Origin: Acidimicrobiia bacterium
GTDB taxonomy: Bacteria > Actinomycetota > Acidimicrobiia > Spongiisociales > UBA5794
DNA length: 64,000 nucleotides
Assembly: GCA_030066875.1 (NCBI GenBank)
Contig: JASJAS010000007.1
Span: 10,744-74,743, forward strand
Direction of reading: 5' to 3'
Shown here piece by piece: positions 27,262 through 37,016 of the stretch. Below the pieces are notes generated by a model that had not been told where the DNA came from, ran no database searches, and saw nothing but the letters and a program-made list of their open reading frames with translations. The first letter of the stretch is position 1; each line of letters begins with the position of its first letter. The position numbers and the translations under genes are program-made.

Positions 27262-28014
27262 CTAGATCGAACACACCTCACGCAGGCGGTGCGCCAAGTC
27301 GATATCGCCTGCTACCAGCACATCGGATAGCGGCGCTCGACCCCACATCCACAACAGAACCCGATCAGGTTCACCCGAGATCACGGACCCGGGTTCCGCC
27401 CCCTCCTCGAGCATCAAGGTCGGCAAGTCGTAGGTGCGATCGCTTTTGCTTCCCGTGAATCGACCAAAACGGGCCGTCCAGGATCTCCCGCCGGTCTCGA
27501 CGCGCACCACGGCTTCGTCTGCGGTGTACTCGCCCCAGTCCGGGTAGCCGGTGATGAACACGTCGAAGAGTTCCGCTACGCCATCCACCGCAAGCCCAGC
27601 GTTCACCGCGCTCTCGTAGCCGTGTGCTTGTTCGGCGTCGACCCGGTGTACAGCCGCCTCGTGAGCCATCCGGCGGATCCAGAAACCCACCGTCTGTTCT
27701 TCGGCCCAGGTCTTGGCCGGAGCGGTTGGGTCGGCCTCGGCAAGCACCCGGTAGAGCCGGTCGGCTCCACTGCGATACCACTCGATCGGGTCGGCGTCCG
27801 TCGGTGGCTCTGGGTGAGCGGGCCAAGTGTCGACATGTCCGTGCTCGACGATGTCCGCTTTCTGAATCTGGACCTGAGCGACGTGAAGGACGAGGTCGCG
27901 CACAGTCCACCCCGGGCAACCTGGCACCTTCGCATCGAGCCCGCGAGCCGCGGCCGCCCCCATCAGATGCGTGTTTGCATCGAGATGGGCGAGGTACTCG
28001 GGGAACGACAGCAT
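27262..28014 (-). CDS. maleylpyruvate isomerase-family, mycothiol-dependent (DinB-like) enzyme
   Basis: The N-terminal motif CPGWTVRDLVLHVAQV is typical of the mycothiol-dependent DinB/MDMPI family. Confidence 0.8.
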   Translation of the reverse strand: MLSFPEYLAHLDANTHLMGAAAARGLDAKVPGCPGWTVRDLVLHVAQVQIQKADIVEHGHVDTWPAHPEPPTDADPIEWYRSGADRLYRVLAEADPTAPAKTWAEEQTVGFWIRRMAHEAAVHRVDAEQAHGYESAVNAGLAVDGVAELFDVFITGYPDWGEYTADEAVVRVETGGRSWTARFGRFTGSKSDRTYDLPTLMLEEGAEPGSVISGEPDRVLLWMWGRAPLSDVLVAGDIDLAHRLREVCSI

Positions 28015-28076
28015 TCGCTCACCCTACCCTCGGCTGAACCCCGGTGTTCGTGGTCGAGACGGGTACGCTCGGCAGT

Positions 28077-28898
28077 ATGAACAACCAACCCGCACCGAAT
28101 TGGTACCCGGACCCCTCCGGCAAACACGAGCTGCGCTACTGGGATGGAACGGCCTGGACCAATCGTGTCATGAACGCAGGCACCGAGTCATCCGACGCGT
28201 CCAGCGACACTCACGTGCCACGCGGAGAGCAGACGGTCGACAAGGTGCAACGCCAAGTCGTTGAGCAAGCTGGGCTTGGTGGAGTGGCCGGCGGTACCGG
28301 CAGTCTCTTCACCGAACCGATTCTGGTGGTGAATCAGAAGGCGAAACTCATCGAGATCAACACGGAATTCGCCGTGTACGACCAGAACGGCAACCAGATC
28401 GGCGCGGTCCGTCAGGTTGGCCAGAGCGGCCTCAAGAAGGCGCTGCGCATGGTGGGTGACGTCGACCAGTTCATGACCCACAAGTTCCAGATCGTCGACA
28501 TGGCCGGCAACGTGCACCTGACTGTGACCAGACCACGCAAGTTCGTCAAGTCGCGCCTCGAGGTAGGGGATGCCGCCGGGCGGCCGATCGGGCAGGTGGT
28601 CCAGAAGAATGTCGTAGGCAAGATCCGGTTCGGTCTCGAGGCTGGAGGAACATCCGTCGGCTCGATCAACGCGGAGAACTGGCGCGCCTGGAACTTCAGC
28701 ATCCAGGACGCCGCCGGCCACGAGGTTGCCCGGATCACCAAGACTTGGGAAGGCATGGCGAAGACGATGTTCACCACCGCCGACAACTATGTGCTGCAGA
28801 TCCACCAGCCATTGCAGGATCCACTTCGTAGCCTGGTCATCGCCTCCGCGCTATCGGTGGATACTGCGCTGAAGCAAGACAGCCGAGGCTTGAGCTAG
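28077..28898 (+). CDS. DUF2510 N-terminal motif plus scramblase/LURP-one-related domain protein
   Basis: NWYPDPSGKHELRYWDGTAWTNRV (DUF2510), then a 12-strand-barrel-like scramblase-family body (FAVYDQNGNQIG..., WNFSIQDAAGHEVARITK). Confidence 0.7.
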   Translation: MNNQPAPNWYPDPSGKHELRYWDGTAWTNRVMNAGTESSDASSDTHVPRGEQTVDKVQRQVVEQAGLGGVAGGTGSLFTEPILVVNQKAKLIEINTEFAVYDQNGNQIGAVRQVGQSGLKKALRMVGDVDQFMTHKFQIVDMAGNVHLTVTRPRKFVKSRLEVGDAAGRPIGQVVQKNVVGKIRFGLEAGGTSVGSINAENWRAWNFSIQDAAGHEVARITKTWEGMAKTMFTTADNYVLQIHQPLQDPLRSLVIASALSVDTALKQDSRGLS

Positions 28899-28966
28899 CG
28901 ATCCGTCTCATGGGTCGGATGGCCAGCGATCCGTCTCATGGGTCGGATGGCCAGCGATCCGTCTCA
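28899..28966 (+). repeat. tandem repeat, 28-nt unit x 2.4 (CGATCCGTCTCATGGGTCGGATGGCCAG)
   Basis: Two perfect units at 28899-28926 and 28927-28954, plus a 12-nt partial third. The array starts at the base after the scramblase-like gene stop. Confidence 0.85.
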
Positions 28967-29115
28967 GGACGTTGGCGATGCTCAGGGCGAGCCAGGGAGG
29001 TCGATAGCAAGGACGCAGGACGAAGGCGCATTGGACGAAATGCGTCAAGGACGAGGACACAGCTAGCGGCGTTCCCGGCCGTCCTGAGCGCGGCAAATGT
29101 CCTGGGTCGGATCGC

Positions 29116-32100
29116 TTATCCGTCGATACGGGCAATCGTGCCGTCGGTGTACTCGACTTCGATGACCGACGTCCCATCGGCAATCTCCGGTTCTAGCCGG
29201 AACGCGCCCACCGGAGTGGACTCCCCGAGGTTGCGCAGCAAGCCAAAGAAGTCATGGGTCGCCCACTCGGTGGTTCGATTCAAGGTTCCAGCAGAGGCGA
29301 GATCCGACGAAGCAACCAGCCGGTAGTCACCGTTCCTCCGGTCGACGAACGACCACCTGACATTTGCCTTGTCTGCACCGTCCTCCAGGTAATCGAACGG
29401 GTCCGGGTTGGGAACTTCCTTGAAGTTGCTTTCAAAGGTATCGCGCTCACCCCAGTTGCCTTGGTAGTCCTCGATTCCACCCAGATAGCTCCCCAGCAGC
29501 AGGTTGTTGACGTACACCCGCCGGAAGAAGTCGAGTTGCCAGACGTCGTACTCGATCCTGATGAAGTTCTCTGGTCCCCCGGCACCCCACGAACCGATGT
29601 CGCCGTACCACCCGGTTTCGGTGCCCCACTCCCCGTCGGTCGTGTTGTTGACAATCCAGGTCTGATCAGAATCCCAGGTCAATAGGTGGGCCTTCTTCCA
29701 CTCCGGCCCAGCACGCAGCCCGGTGATCAAGTTGTTGGCGATCAGGTTCGGTCCCGGGTTCGCCTCGACTCCGATACCCCATCCCCATGGGTCGGTGATG
29801 CGGTTGCCGTCGACGCGCACCGCGTAGTTCTCCACCGACAGTGTGATGCCCGGTCCACCCCCACGGATCGTGTTGTACGCAATCGTGCTGCCCGCCATGC
29901 GTTCGAAACGGATTCCAGCGACATCGGTGAGCCGGTCGTACCCGGCCCAGCCTGCATTGATGATCGTGTTGTAGGTCACCTCGACGCGGGTTCGGCCAGG
30001 GGCCCAGTTGTTAACGGTCTGAGAAGTGAGCCGTTCGCTGCCGCCGCTTGCGGCGATGCCCACAGCTCCCGGATCGACGACCCAGTTGTTGACCACGGTG
30101 ATAGGCGCCACCCCTTGATCGCCGCCTACCGCAACGGAGATTCCGGTATGTTCGCTGCCCACCACCAGATTCCCCTCGACTACGGCACCTTGGACGAAGA
30201 TGTCGTCGCCGGCCTCGCTATCGCGATGGCCAACCACAATGAGAGCCTGGCCCTCGGTCTGGGCGCCGTGGCGAACTTCAAAACCGCGCAACTCGACATA
30301 GTCGCCGAGCACCGACACCACCGGCCCGGAGCGAGCAGCCATGTCCAGCGCGGCCTCATTGGGATCGGCTCCCTCCGGAAGTCGCACATAGACACTCGGC
30401 TCGTAGGAAGAAGGGACCGGACCGAGAACCATGTATTCGGACACATAGGGCAACGCATCGCCCCTTGGAGCCCGGTTTTGACTAGCCGGTTTCGCTGCAG
30501 AGCTGACCGCCGCGCCCACGACGTCGGGCAGTCCGAACCGGAAAAGGGGCGGGTATGGCTCGATCTGGTTGTGAGTTGTGTCCCATTGGAAGACGAGATG
30601 GTGCCAACCGCGTCGCATCACGACGTTTTGCCATGACTCGCCGAAGATGCCGCGGCCAATCTCAGGGTGGGTGAGTTCAGTCTCTTGATTGTCGGAATCG
30701 GCGCGGATGTTGCCGGCAAGGAGTTCGCCGTCGAGCCAAACTCGGTATTCGTAGGGTTGTTCATCCAAGGGCAGACCGGAGACCTTTCCGGCGCGGAACG
30801 GGCCGGAAACCTGAACATCGAAATCATTGGTTCCGAACCACTGATAGTCCTCGACCAGATCGGGCCGCTCCACCCACACCCACGCAGAACCCCAATAGAC
30901 ACCCCCTGCGAAGTCCTCCCCGAACTCAGTACCCAGATCGACGAAGCCACCGTTGTCCGTCTCTTTTCGCTCCCAGATGTACCGGCTCTCCCCAAACTCG
31001 AATACGGTCCCCTCTTTGGCGCGCACGTTTCCGTCGAAGCGCGGATCGATGTACGACTCACCGCCGGTTGTAGCCACATACTCGCCACGGTCGAGGTCGA
31101 ATGGTGCGGCACGCTCGACCAGCGCCTCCCCATCGAGAGCCACGGTCCCGGGGATCCCGGTGAACGCATCGGCACGCCAGACCTCACGCAACCCTTCAAC
31201 CTCGCTCCAGGCGCCTGACGGGAACGGATCGTTGCCGGTGATCACGGGCATCGTTCCTTCCATGTCGGGCACGCCGTGAATCCGAATCGGAGCTTCGGCC
31301 GTGCCATCCGTTGTGATCTCGACGGACTCGCGATAGACGCCGGGATAGACGTTGATCAGAGATCCGGGCTCAGCTCGGGCAACAGCTTCGCCGATGGTCA
31401 GAAGCGGTTCGACGAGATTCCCCGGGTTGTCGTCGGAAGCGGCAGGATGACCGTTGGCAACTACCAGGGTCGAACCGGCGACGACGTCAACCGGAGCCGG
31501 CCCATCGGCCTCGGGAAGCTCGGCCGGTTCTGCTCGCCGCTCAGGGGCGGTGTAGAAGTAGTAGTTGGTGACATCGGCTGCCGGTTGACCGAAGAGGGCG
31601 TGTGAGATCTCGTCGGTGCTGCGATCCTCCGCTCCGATGATCTGCTCCAGCGGATAGTTCACCACCCACCACCCGGCGGGCTCGACAACGAACCCTGTGT
31701 CCGGGTCGTAGGCAACTGCCACTTCGACATCGGAGAGCAACCGGCGCTCGCCTTCCGACGTGATCACCGATGGTTCGAGCCGTCCGACGTCGGGCAACAG
31801 GTGGGTCGAAGGAAGCACCAAGGGACCTGCGTTGTCCTCGAGGGCCTCAGCAGCAATGGCGGGCGGAGGCGTTCTCGTCTCCTCCGGCGGCGCCGTGGTC
31901 GTGGTGGTCGTCTGGGATGCGCCAAGGGCGTCCAGTGCCTGGTCGGCGGCAACAAGCTCCTCGGGGAACTGATACGGACCCTCCGGAGCGAGCGGGGGGA
32001 GCTCGCTCTGGCCTTGGGCACAGCCGGTCAGGGCCAGCGACAGTGCCAGCGCAATCAGGCCCGCTTTCCGGAACGAGGTCAACCGATCCTTCCTCTTCAC
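29116..32100 (-). CDS. large secreted lipoprotein with right-handed parallel beta-helix (pectate-lyase/NosD-like) repeats
   Basis: Lipobox LALTGC. DUF1565-like segment (NPGNLVEPLLTIGEAVARAEPGSLINVYPGVYRE). Beta-helix repeats follow (NNWVVDPGAVGIAASGG, IAYNTIRGGGPGITL, NLIANNLITG). Confidence 0.75.
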   Translation of the reverse strand: MKRKDRLTSFRKAGLIALALSLALTGCAQGQSELPPLAPEGPYQFPEELVAADQALDALGASQTTTTTTAPPEETRTPPPAIAAEALEDNAGPLVLPSTHLLPDVGRLEPSVITSEGERRLLSDVEVAVAYDPDTGFVVEPAGWWVVNYPLEQIIGAEDRSTDEISHALFGQPAADVTNYYFYTAPERRAEPAELPEADGPAPVDVVAGSTLVVANGHPAASDDNPGNLVEPLLTIGEAVARAEPGSLINVYPGVYRESVEITTDGTAEAPIRIHGVPDMEGTMPVITGNDPFPSGAWSEVEGLREVWRADAFTGIPGTVALDGEALVERAAPFDLDRGEYVATTGGESYIDPRFDGNVRAKEGTVFEFGESRYIWERKETDNGGFVDLGTEFGEDFAGGVYWGSAWVWVERPDLVEDYQWFGTNDFDVQVSGPFRAGKVSGLPLDEQPYEYRVWLDGELLAGNIRADSDNQETELTHPEIGRGIFGESWQNVVMRRGWHHLVFQWDTTHNQIEPYPPLFRFGLPDVVGAAVSSAAKPASQNRAPRGDALPYVSEYMVLGPVPSSYEPSVYVRLPEGADPNEAALDMAARSGPVVSVLGDYVELRGFEVRHGAQTEGQALIVVGHRDSEAGDDIFVQGAVVEGNLVVGSEHTGISVAVGGDQGVAPITVVNNWVVDPGAVGIAASGGSERLTSQTVNNWAPGRTRVEVTYNTIINAGWAGYDRLTDVAGIRFERMAGSTIAYNTIRGGGPGITLSVENYAVRVDGNRITDPWGWGIGVEANPGPNLIANNLITGLRAGPEWKKAHLLTWDSDQTWIVNNTTDGEWGTETGWYGDIGSWGAGGPENFIRIEYDVWQLDFFRRVYVNNLLLGSYLGGIEDYQGNWGERDTFESNFKEVPNPDPFDYLEDGADKANVRWSFVDRRNGDYRLVASSDLASAGTLNRTTEWATHDFFGLLRNLGESTPVGAFRLEPEIADGTSVIEVEYTDGTIARIDG

Positions 32101-32172
32101 ATGAGGAAATCGGTCTGCGAGTAGGGAGGCTTGAGGACTTGCCCCCTGGCAGTTTCACTCGGGAATCGCTTG

Positions 32173-33549
32173 CTAGGTTGGCTCGAATCTCGCAGTGAAA
32201 TGACGGAGCCACGGGGCCTGCTCGACGATGCGGTAGCCACCGATCTCGCCGGCATCCATGGCGACGTCGATGACGACCTCGGCAACGAAATCGATATGGC
32301 TCTGGGTATAGGTGCGTCGTGGGATAGCGAGCCGCACCAACTCCATGGCCGCCGGGCTCTCTGACCCGTCGGGCAAGGGCCTACCGAACATCACCGATCC
32401 GATCTCCACTCCACGCACCCCGCCGTTGCGGTAGAGCTCAACTGCAAGCGCCTGAGCCGGATACTGCCCTGGGGGAATATGCGGTAATAGCGTCTTGGCG
32501 TCCAGGTAGACGGCGTGCCCGCCTGCGGGACGCACGATCGGGACTCCAGCGTCGTATACCTTCTCGGCCAGGTACTCGGTTGACCGTATCCGGTAGCGGA
32601 GGTAATTCTCATCGAGAACCTCGTTGAGTCCGACGGCGATCGCTTCGAGGTCGTAACCGGCGAGACCTCCGTATGTCGGGAACCCTTCGGTCAAAATCAG
32701 GAGGTTGCGGCACTTGGCGGCAAGCTCGCCATCGTTGAGTGCCAGGAATCCGCCGATGTTGGCCAGGCCATCCTTCTTGGCCGACATCGTGCACCCGTCG
32801 GCCAGTGCGAACATCTCCTGGGCGATCTCCCGCGGGGTCCTGTCTGTGTAACCCTCCTCGCGCAGCTTGATGAACCAGGCATTCTCAGCGAACCGGCACG
32901 CATCGAGGATGAGCGGCAAGCCGAACTCGTTGCAGATGCGGCGAACCTCTCGCAGGTTGGCCAACGAAACCGGCTGACCACCACCGGAGTTGTTGGTGAC
33001 GGTAACCATCACCATCGGAATCCGATCGACGCCAACCTCTTCGATGGTGGCCCGAAGAGCGGCAATGTCGACATTGCCTTTGAAGGGCAACAGCGCCGAC
33101 GGATCTGTGCCTTCGGCGATCACGAGGTCGCGGGCCTCGGCACCCTGGTACTCGACGTTGGCACGGGTCGTGTCGAAGTGGGTGTTGGAGGGGACCACAT
33201 CGCCTTCGCTCACCGAGTTGGCGAACAGAATCCGTTCGGCGGCGCGACCTTGGTGGGTCGGGATCACCTCCGTGTAACCGGTGATCTCCTTGACCGCTTT
33301 CTCGAACCGATAGAAGGAGCGGGCTCCGGCGTATGACTCATCGCCGATCATCATTCCCGCCCATTGCTTGGCCGACATGGCGCCCGTTCCGCTGTCGGTG
33401 AGGAGGTCGATGATCACCTCGTCCGCATGCAACCCGAAAAGGTTATAACCGGCCCGGCGCAGCGCCTTTTCTCGCTCTTCGACAGTTGGCAGATCAATCG
33501 ACTGGACGCTCTTGATCCGGAACGGTTCGATGATGCTGCGGTGCGGCAT
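32173..33549 (-). CDS. beta-eliminating lyase: tyrosine phenol-lyase / tryptophanase family (closer to TPL by eye)
   Basis: EPFRIKSV, DLLTDSGTGAMSAKQWAGMMIGDESYAG, DGCTMSAKKDGLANIGG (PLP Lys) and LRHFTARFEP match TPL/TnaA as I recall them. Confidence 0.9.
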   Translation of the reverse strand: MPHRSIIEPFRIKSVQSIDLPTVEEREKALRRAGYNLFGLHADEVIIDLLTDSGTGAMSAKQWAGMMIGDESYAGARSFYRFEKAVKEITGYTEVIPTHQGRAAERILFANSVSEGDVVPSNTHFDTTRANVEYQGAEARDLVIAEGTDPSALLPFKGNVDIAALRATIEEVGVDRIPMVMVTVTNNSGGGQPVSLANLREVRRICNEFGLPLILDACRFAENAWFIKLREEGYTDRTPREIAQEMFALADGCTMSAKKDGLANIGGFLALNDGELAAKCRNLLILTEGFPTYGGLAGYDLEAIAVGLNEVLDENYLRYRIRSTEYLAEKVYDAGVPIVRPAGGHAVYLDAKTLLPHIPPGQYPAQALAVELYRNGGVRGVEIGSVMFGRPLPDGSESPAAMELVRLAIPRRTYTQSHIDFVAEVVIDVAMDAGEIGGYRIVEQAPWLRHFTARFEPT

Positions 33550-33597
33550 GGCCCTCCTGGAGTTGTTCCGGGAAAGTCTTGCAGAAACCGCCTGCCG

Positions 33598-35241
33598 TCA
33601 GGCGCTCTCGATATCTGCAGCGTCGTGAAGACCAAGATCCCCGATCGCCTGTTCACGCATGCGGAACTTCTGCACCTTGCCGGTGACCGTCATGGGGAAG
33701 TCGTCGACGAACTTGATGTAGCGGGGGACCTTGAAGTGCGCGATCTTGCCCCGGCAATAATCGGTGAGTTCGTCGGCCGTGAGGTTCGAGTCGCCCCTGC
33801 GCACCACCCAGGCCATGATCTCCTCGCCGAACTTGACATCGGGCACACCTACCACCTGGGCGTCGACCACCTCCGGATGGGTGTAGAGATATTCCTCGAT
33901 CTCCCGGGGATATACGTTCTCCCCGCCCCGGATGATCATGTCCTTGATCCGGCCGACGATGTTGACGTAGCCGGCGGCGTCCATCGTCGCCAGATCTCCG
34001 GTGTGCATCCAGCCGTCGGCATCGATTGCCTCGGCGGTGCGCGCTGGGTCATTCCAGTACCCCAGCATCACGGAATAGCCCCTGGTGCAAAGTTCCCCGG
34101 ACTCGCCTCGTTGCAGAGTGCGACCGGTGTCCGGGTCGACGATCTTCACCTCGACGTGGGGATGGATCCGGCCCACGGTTGACACTCGCCGTTCGATGTC
34201 GTCGTCGGGAGCGGTTTGGGTCGAGACAGGTGAGGTTTCGGTCATCCCGTATGCAATCGTGACCTCGGTCATGTTGAAGTCGGAAATGACCCTCTTCATG
34301 ACTTCGACCGGGCAGGGCGATCCCGCCATGATGCCGGTGCGAAGACTGGAGAGGTCGTACTCGTCGGCGTCAGGGTGTTCGAGCGCTGCAATGAACATGG
34401 TGGGTACGCCGTAGAGGCTGGTGCACTGCTCGCTGCTCACGGTTTCCAGAACTGCCTCTGGCAGAAAGCGCGCTCCCGGCACGACGATTGTGGCTCCGTG
34501 GGTGGTACAGGCGAGGTTCCCGAGCACCATTCCGAAGCAGTGATAGAACGGAACTGGAATACACACTCGGTCCGCCGCCGTGTAGCGGCACATCTCGCCA
34601 ACGAAGAACCCGTTGTTCAGGATGTTCACATGGGAGAGGGTCGCTCCTTTGGGAAAACCGGTCGTGCCGGATGTGTATTGGATGTTGATGGGGTCGTCGG
34701 GTTCCAACCCGCCGGCAAGCGCTTCGAGCTCGGCCTGAGTAACGTCGTCGCTTCCGGCCAGCAACGCCTCCCAGTCGTCCGATTCGAGGAACAGGGTTCT
34801 TTCCAGCGAAGCCACCAGGGGGGCAACCTCCGCGACCATCTTGCGGTAGTCGCTGGTTAGGAACTCAGGGGCAGAGATGAGAAACCGACATCCCGACTGA
34901 TTGAGGGCGTACTCGAGTTCGCTTGTGCGGTAGGCGGGGTTGATGTTGACGAGAATGGCGCCGATACGCGCTGTGGCATATTGGATCAGCACCCACTCCG
35001 CGTTGTTGGGGCTCCAAATGCCGATGCGATCACCCCGGCCGAGTCCCAGAGCGAGCAGCCCCCGGGCTACCCGATCGACTTCCGCGGCAAACTCGGCGTA
35101 GGTGAGTCGAACTCCCTGGTAGGGCACGACCAAGGCTTCCTCGTGAGGAACACGAGAAACCGTCTTGAGGAGGTTCTCGCCGATGGTTTCGTGGATCAAG
35201 GCAACGTCGGTGGGCCCGGCATCGTGGGCGAGAACCATCAA
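33598..35241 (-). CDS. AMP-dependent acyl-CoA synthetase/ligase
   Basis: AMP-binding motifs [18 protein letters not shown]-like [31 protein letters not shown] and GKVQKF. Confidence 0.9.
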   Translation of the reverse strand: MMVLAHDAGPTDVALIHETIGENLLKTVSRVPHEEALVVPYQGVRLTYAEFAAEVDRVARGLLALGLGRGDRIGIWSPNNAEWVLIQYATARIGAILVNINPAYRTSELEYALNQSGCRFLISAPEFLTSDYRKMVAEVAPLVASLERTLFLESDDWEALLAGSDDVTQAELEALAGGLEPDDPINIQYTSGTTGFPKGATLSHVNILNNGFFVGEMCRYTAADRVCIPVPFYHCFGMVLGNLACTTHGATIVVPGARFLPEAVLETVSSEQCTSLYGVPTMFIAALEHPDADEYDLSSLRTGIMAGSPCPVEVMKRVISDFNMTEVTIAYGMTETSPVSTQTAPDDDIERRVSTVGRIHPHVEVKIVDPDTGRTLQRGESGELCTRGYSVMLGYWNDPARTAEAIDADGWMHTGDLATMDAAGYVNIVGRIKDMIIRGGENVYPREIEEYLYTHPEVVDAQVVGVPDVKFGEEIMAWVVRRGDSNLTADELTDYCRGKIAHFKVPRYIKFVDDFPMTVTGKVQKFRMREQAIGDLGLHDAADIESA

Positions 35242-35337
35242 TACTCCCTTAAAGAAGCGATGAGTCGAACGTACCGCGCCCGTCTGCCGCCGGCCTAGCG
35301 GCCGACCGGACCCTGTTTCTGTGACGTTTGCGGTGGG

Positions 35338-36066
35338 TTAGCCGCCGTGCTGCAGCTCGATGTCGTGGCTGCCGCAGGTTCGGCACCGCAGACGGGGTCC
35401 CCCGGCTGGAGCGCGGGGAACGGTGGTGGCCGCCGGTGCGGCAGCGGCTTGACGCTGAGTGACGACCGGGCCGGGCTGGGGATGTTGGCTTGCCGGGTTC
35501 ACAACTCGGCCGCGTTCGACCATGTCGGCCCCGCAGCTCACACAGACATCCACCGAGTGATGCTGGGTGATGCCGCAACGGGGACAGTCGGACCACTCAC
35601 CTGGGACGGTCTGCTCGATGGGGCCGAACGGGTTGACCGGCGCATCCGGTTCATGGTCCTCGTCGGAGGGTGTGTGCAAGAACGCCGGCTCCAACGGCTC
35701 GCTCGGAATCAGGCTCCTCGCATAGGTCGTGTGGGGGTGGACATCGCCGATCGCGTCGATGTCGAAGAGCCCGAAACCGCGGCTTTCGCCGAGGGATTTG
35801 GCCCCGTCGGTGAACCCGGTCACCGAGAACAGGAGGCGTCGCACCGCTTCGCCGTCTGTGGCCTTCAGCATGGCAAGGATGGCAGACGGGGTGATCGCGG
35901 TCCGGTCGAACTTGATGCGAGTCACCAGACCTGCGCTCCGCAGCTCGATGATCCCGTCAGCAGGTTCGGTGATCTTCTCCGGCACTGCGCCGAGGAACGT
36001 CAACCAGCGTTGCGCGACGTGATACGCCTCGGCGAGGCTGACTGTCGGTGTGCGGTATCGATCCAT
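35338..36066 (-). CDS. restriction-endonuclease-like (Mrr-cat-type) domain protein with two C-terminal zinc-ribbon motifs
   Basis: N-terminal PADGIIEL...VTRIKF...LFSVTGFTDGA pattern resembles the Mrr catalytic core. CPRCG...CVSCG and CRTCGSHD are separated by a Pro/Ala-rich linker. Confidence 0.5.
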   Translation of the reverse strand: MDRYRTPTVSLAEAYHVAQRWLTFLGAVPEKITEPADGIIELRSAGLVTRIKFDRTAITPSAILAMLKATDGEAVRRLLFSVTGFTDGAKSLGESRGFGLFDIDAIGDVHPHTTYARSLIPSEPLEPAFLHTPSDEDHEPDAPVNPFGPIEQTVPGEWSDCPRCGITQHHSVDVCVSCGADMVERGRVVNPASQHPQPGPVVTQRQAAAAPAATTVPRAPAGGPRLRCRTCGSHDIELQHGG

Positions 36067-36122
36067 TCGGTTCCCAGCGGCCTATGTGAACACCAGAATA
36101 TCGGATGGTGTCCGGTACAACC

Positions 36123-37016
36123 TTAAGCAGGCCGGGTTGGGACCGAATGATCCCAGTCGGCAAGCAAGGTGCGTAATGCGGCAACGAACGCCAGCGGCTG
36201 ATCGAGTATCAGGTGATGGTGCGCCTCCGGGATCGTCACCACCGGCGCGTTTTCGTCCATCAATTCATACATATACGCGGCGGTGTCGGGCGGAACGGTC
36301 ACCGAATGCTCGCCGCGAAAGAGAGCCACCCGGCACTTGACGGTCGCCAGTTGGTCTCGCAAGGAAACGAGCGTGTGCTGAAACAGCGCCGGATCGAACT
36401 TCCACGTCCAACCCGCATCGGTCTCGTGCAACGAGTGACGAGCAATGTGATCGATGATGAAGTCGTGTTCACAGGGTTGCGGTGGAATGAGCCGGAAGTG
36501 ACCAAGAGCGGTGGTCAGATCCGGATAGACACCCGGCTTGCGGAACGCCCGGCCTCTGGCACCTTCTTCAGACTCGGGGTCGGGTCGACGCACCGGTGTA
36601 TCAACGATCACAGCACCGCGCAGCCGTTCACCGTGGTCTGAAGCTGTCTGAATGGTGACCATTCCCCCGAGGCTGTGACCGACCAACACCGGCGGACCCG
36701 GGAACCCGGCGTGGTCGGCGACCGCCATAACCTCGCAGGCCCAAGCCGAATGCGAATACGCCGTACGACGACCGCTATCACCGTGCCCCGACAAGTCCAA
36801 CGCCACGACGTGCCAGTCCTCGGCAAACATCGGCGCTAGAAAGGTCCACCAATGAGCGTGGGCAGCGCCGCCGTGAACGAGCACAAGGCCGGGCTGGGCT
36901 CGGTTGCCCCATTCGAGATAGTGAATCGGGATTGCGTCCACGTCGATGACCCCTTCGTCGAAGGGTGTCGCCATCGCCCGGTAGAACCAATCCGGGACGG
37001 CCTTGCCGTCAGTCAC
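36123..37016 (-). CDS. alpha/beta-fold hydrolase
   Basis: LVLVHGGAAHAHWW, nucleophile elbow GHSLGG, and C-terminal EAHHHL. 8-nt overlap with the upstream gene. Confidence 0.8.
   Translation of the reverse strand: MTDGKAVPDWFYRAMATPFDEGVIDVDAIPIHYLEWGNRAQPGLVLVHGGAAHAHWWTFLAPMFAEDWHVVALDLSGHGDSGRRTAYSHSAWACEVMAVADHAGFPGPPVLVGHSLGGMVTIQTASDHGERLRGAVIVDTPVRRPDPESEEGARGRAFRKPGVYPDLTTALGHFRLIPPQPCEHDFIIDHIARHSLHETDAGWTWKFDPALFQHTLVSLRDQLATVKCRVALFRGEHSVTVPPDTAAYMYELMDENAPVVTIPEAHHHLILDQPLAFVAALRTLLADWDHSVPTRPA

Noticed and set aside
28899-28966. CRISPR-like array, suggested by the 28-nt repeat unit.
   Set aside because: The units are directly adjacent with no spacers, there are only 2.4 copies, and no cas genes lie in the window. 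It is a simple tandem repeat.
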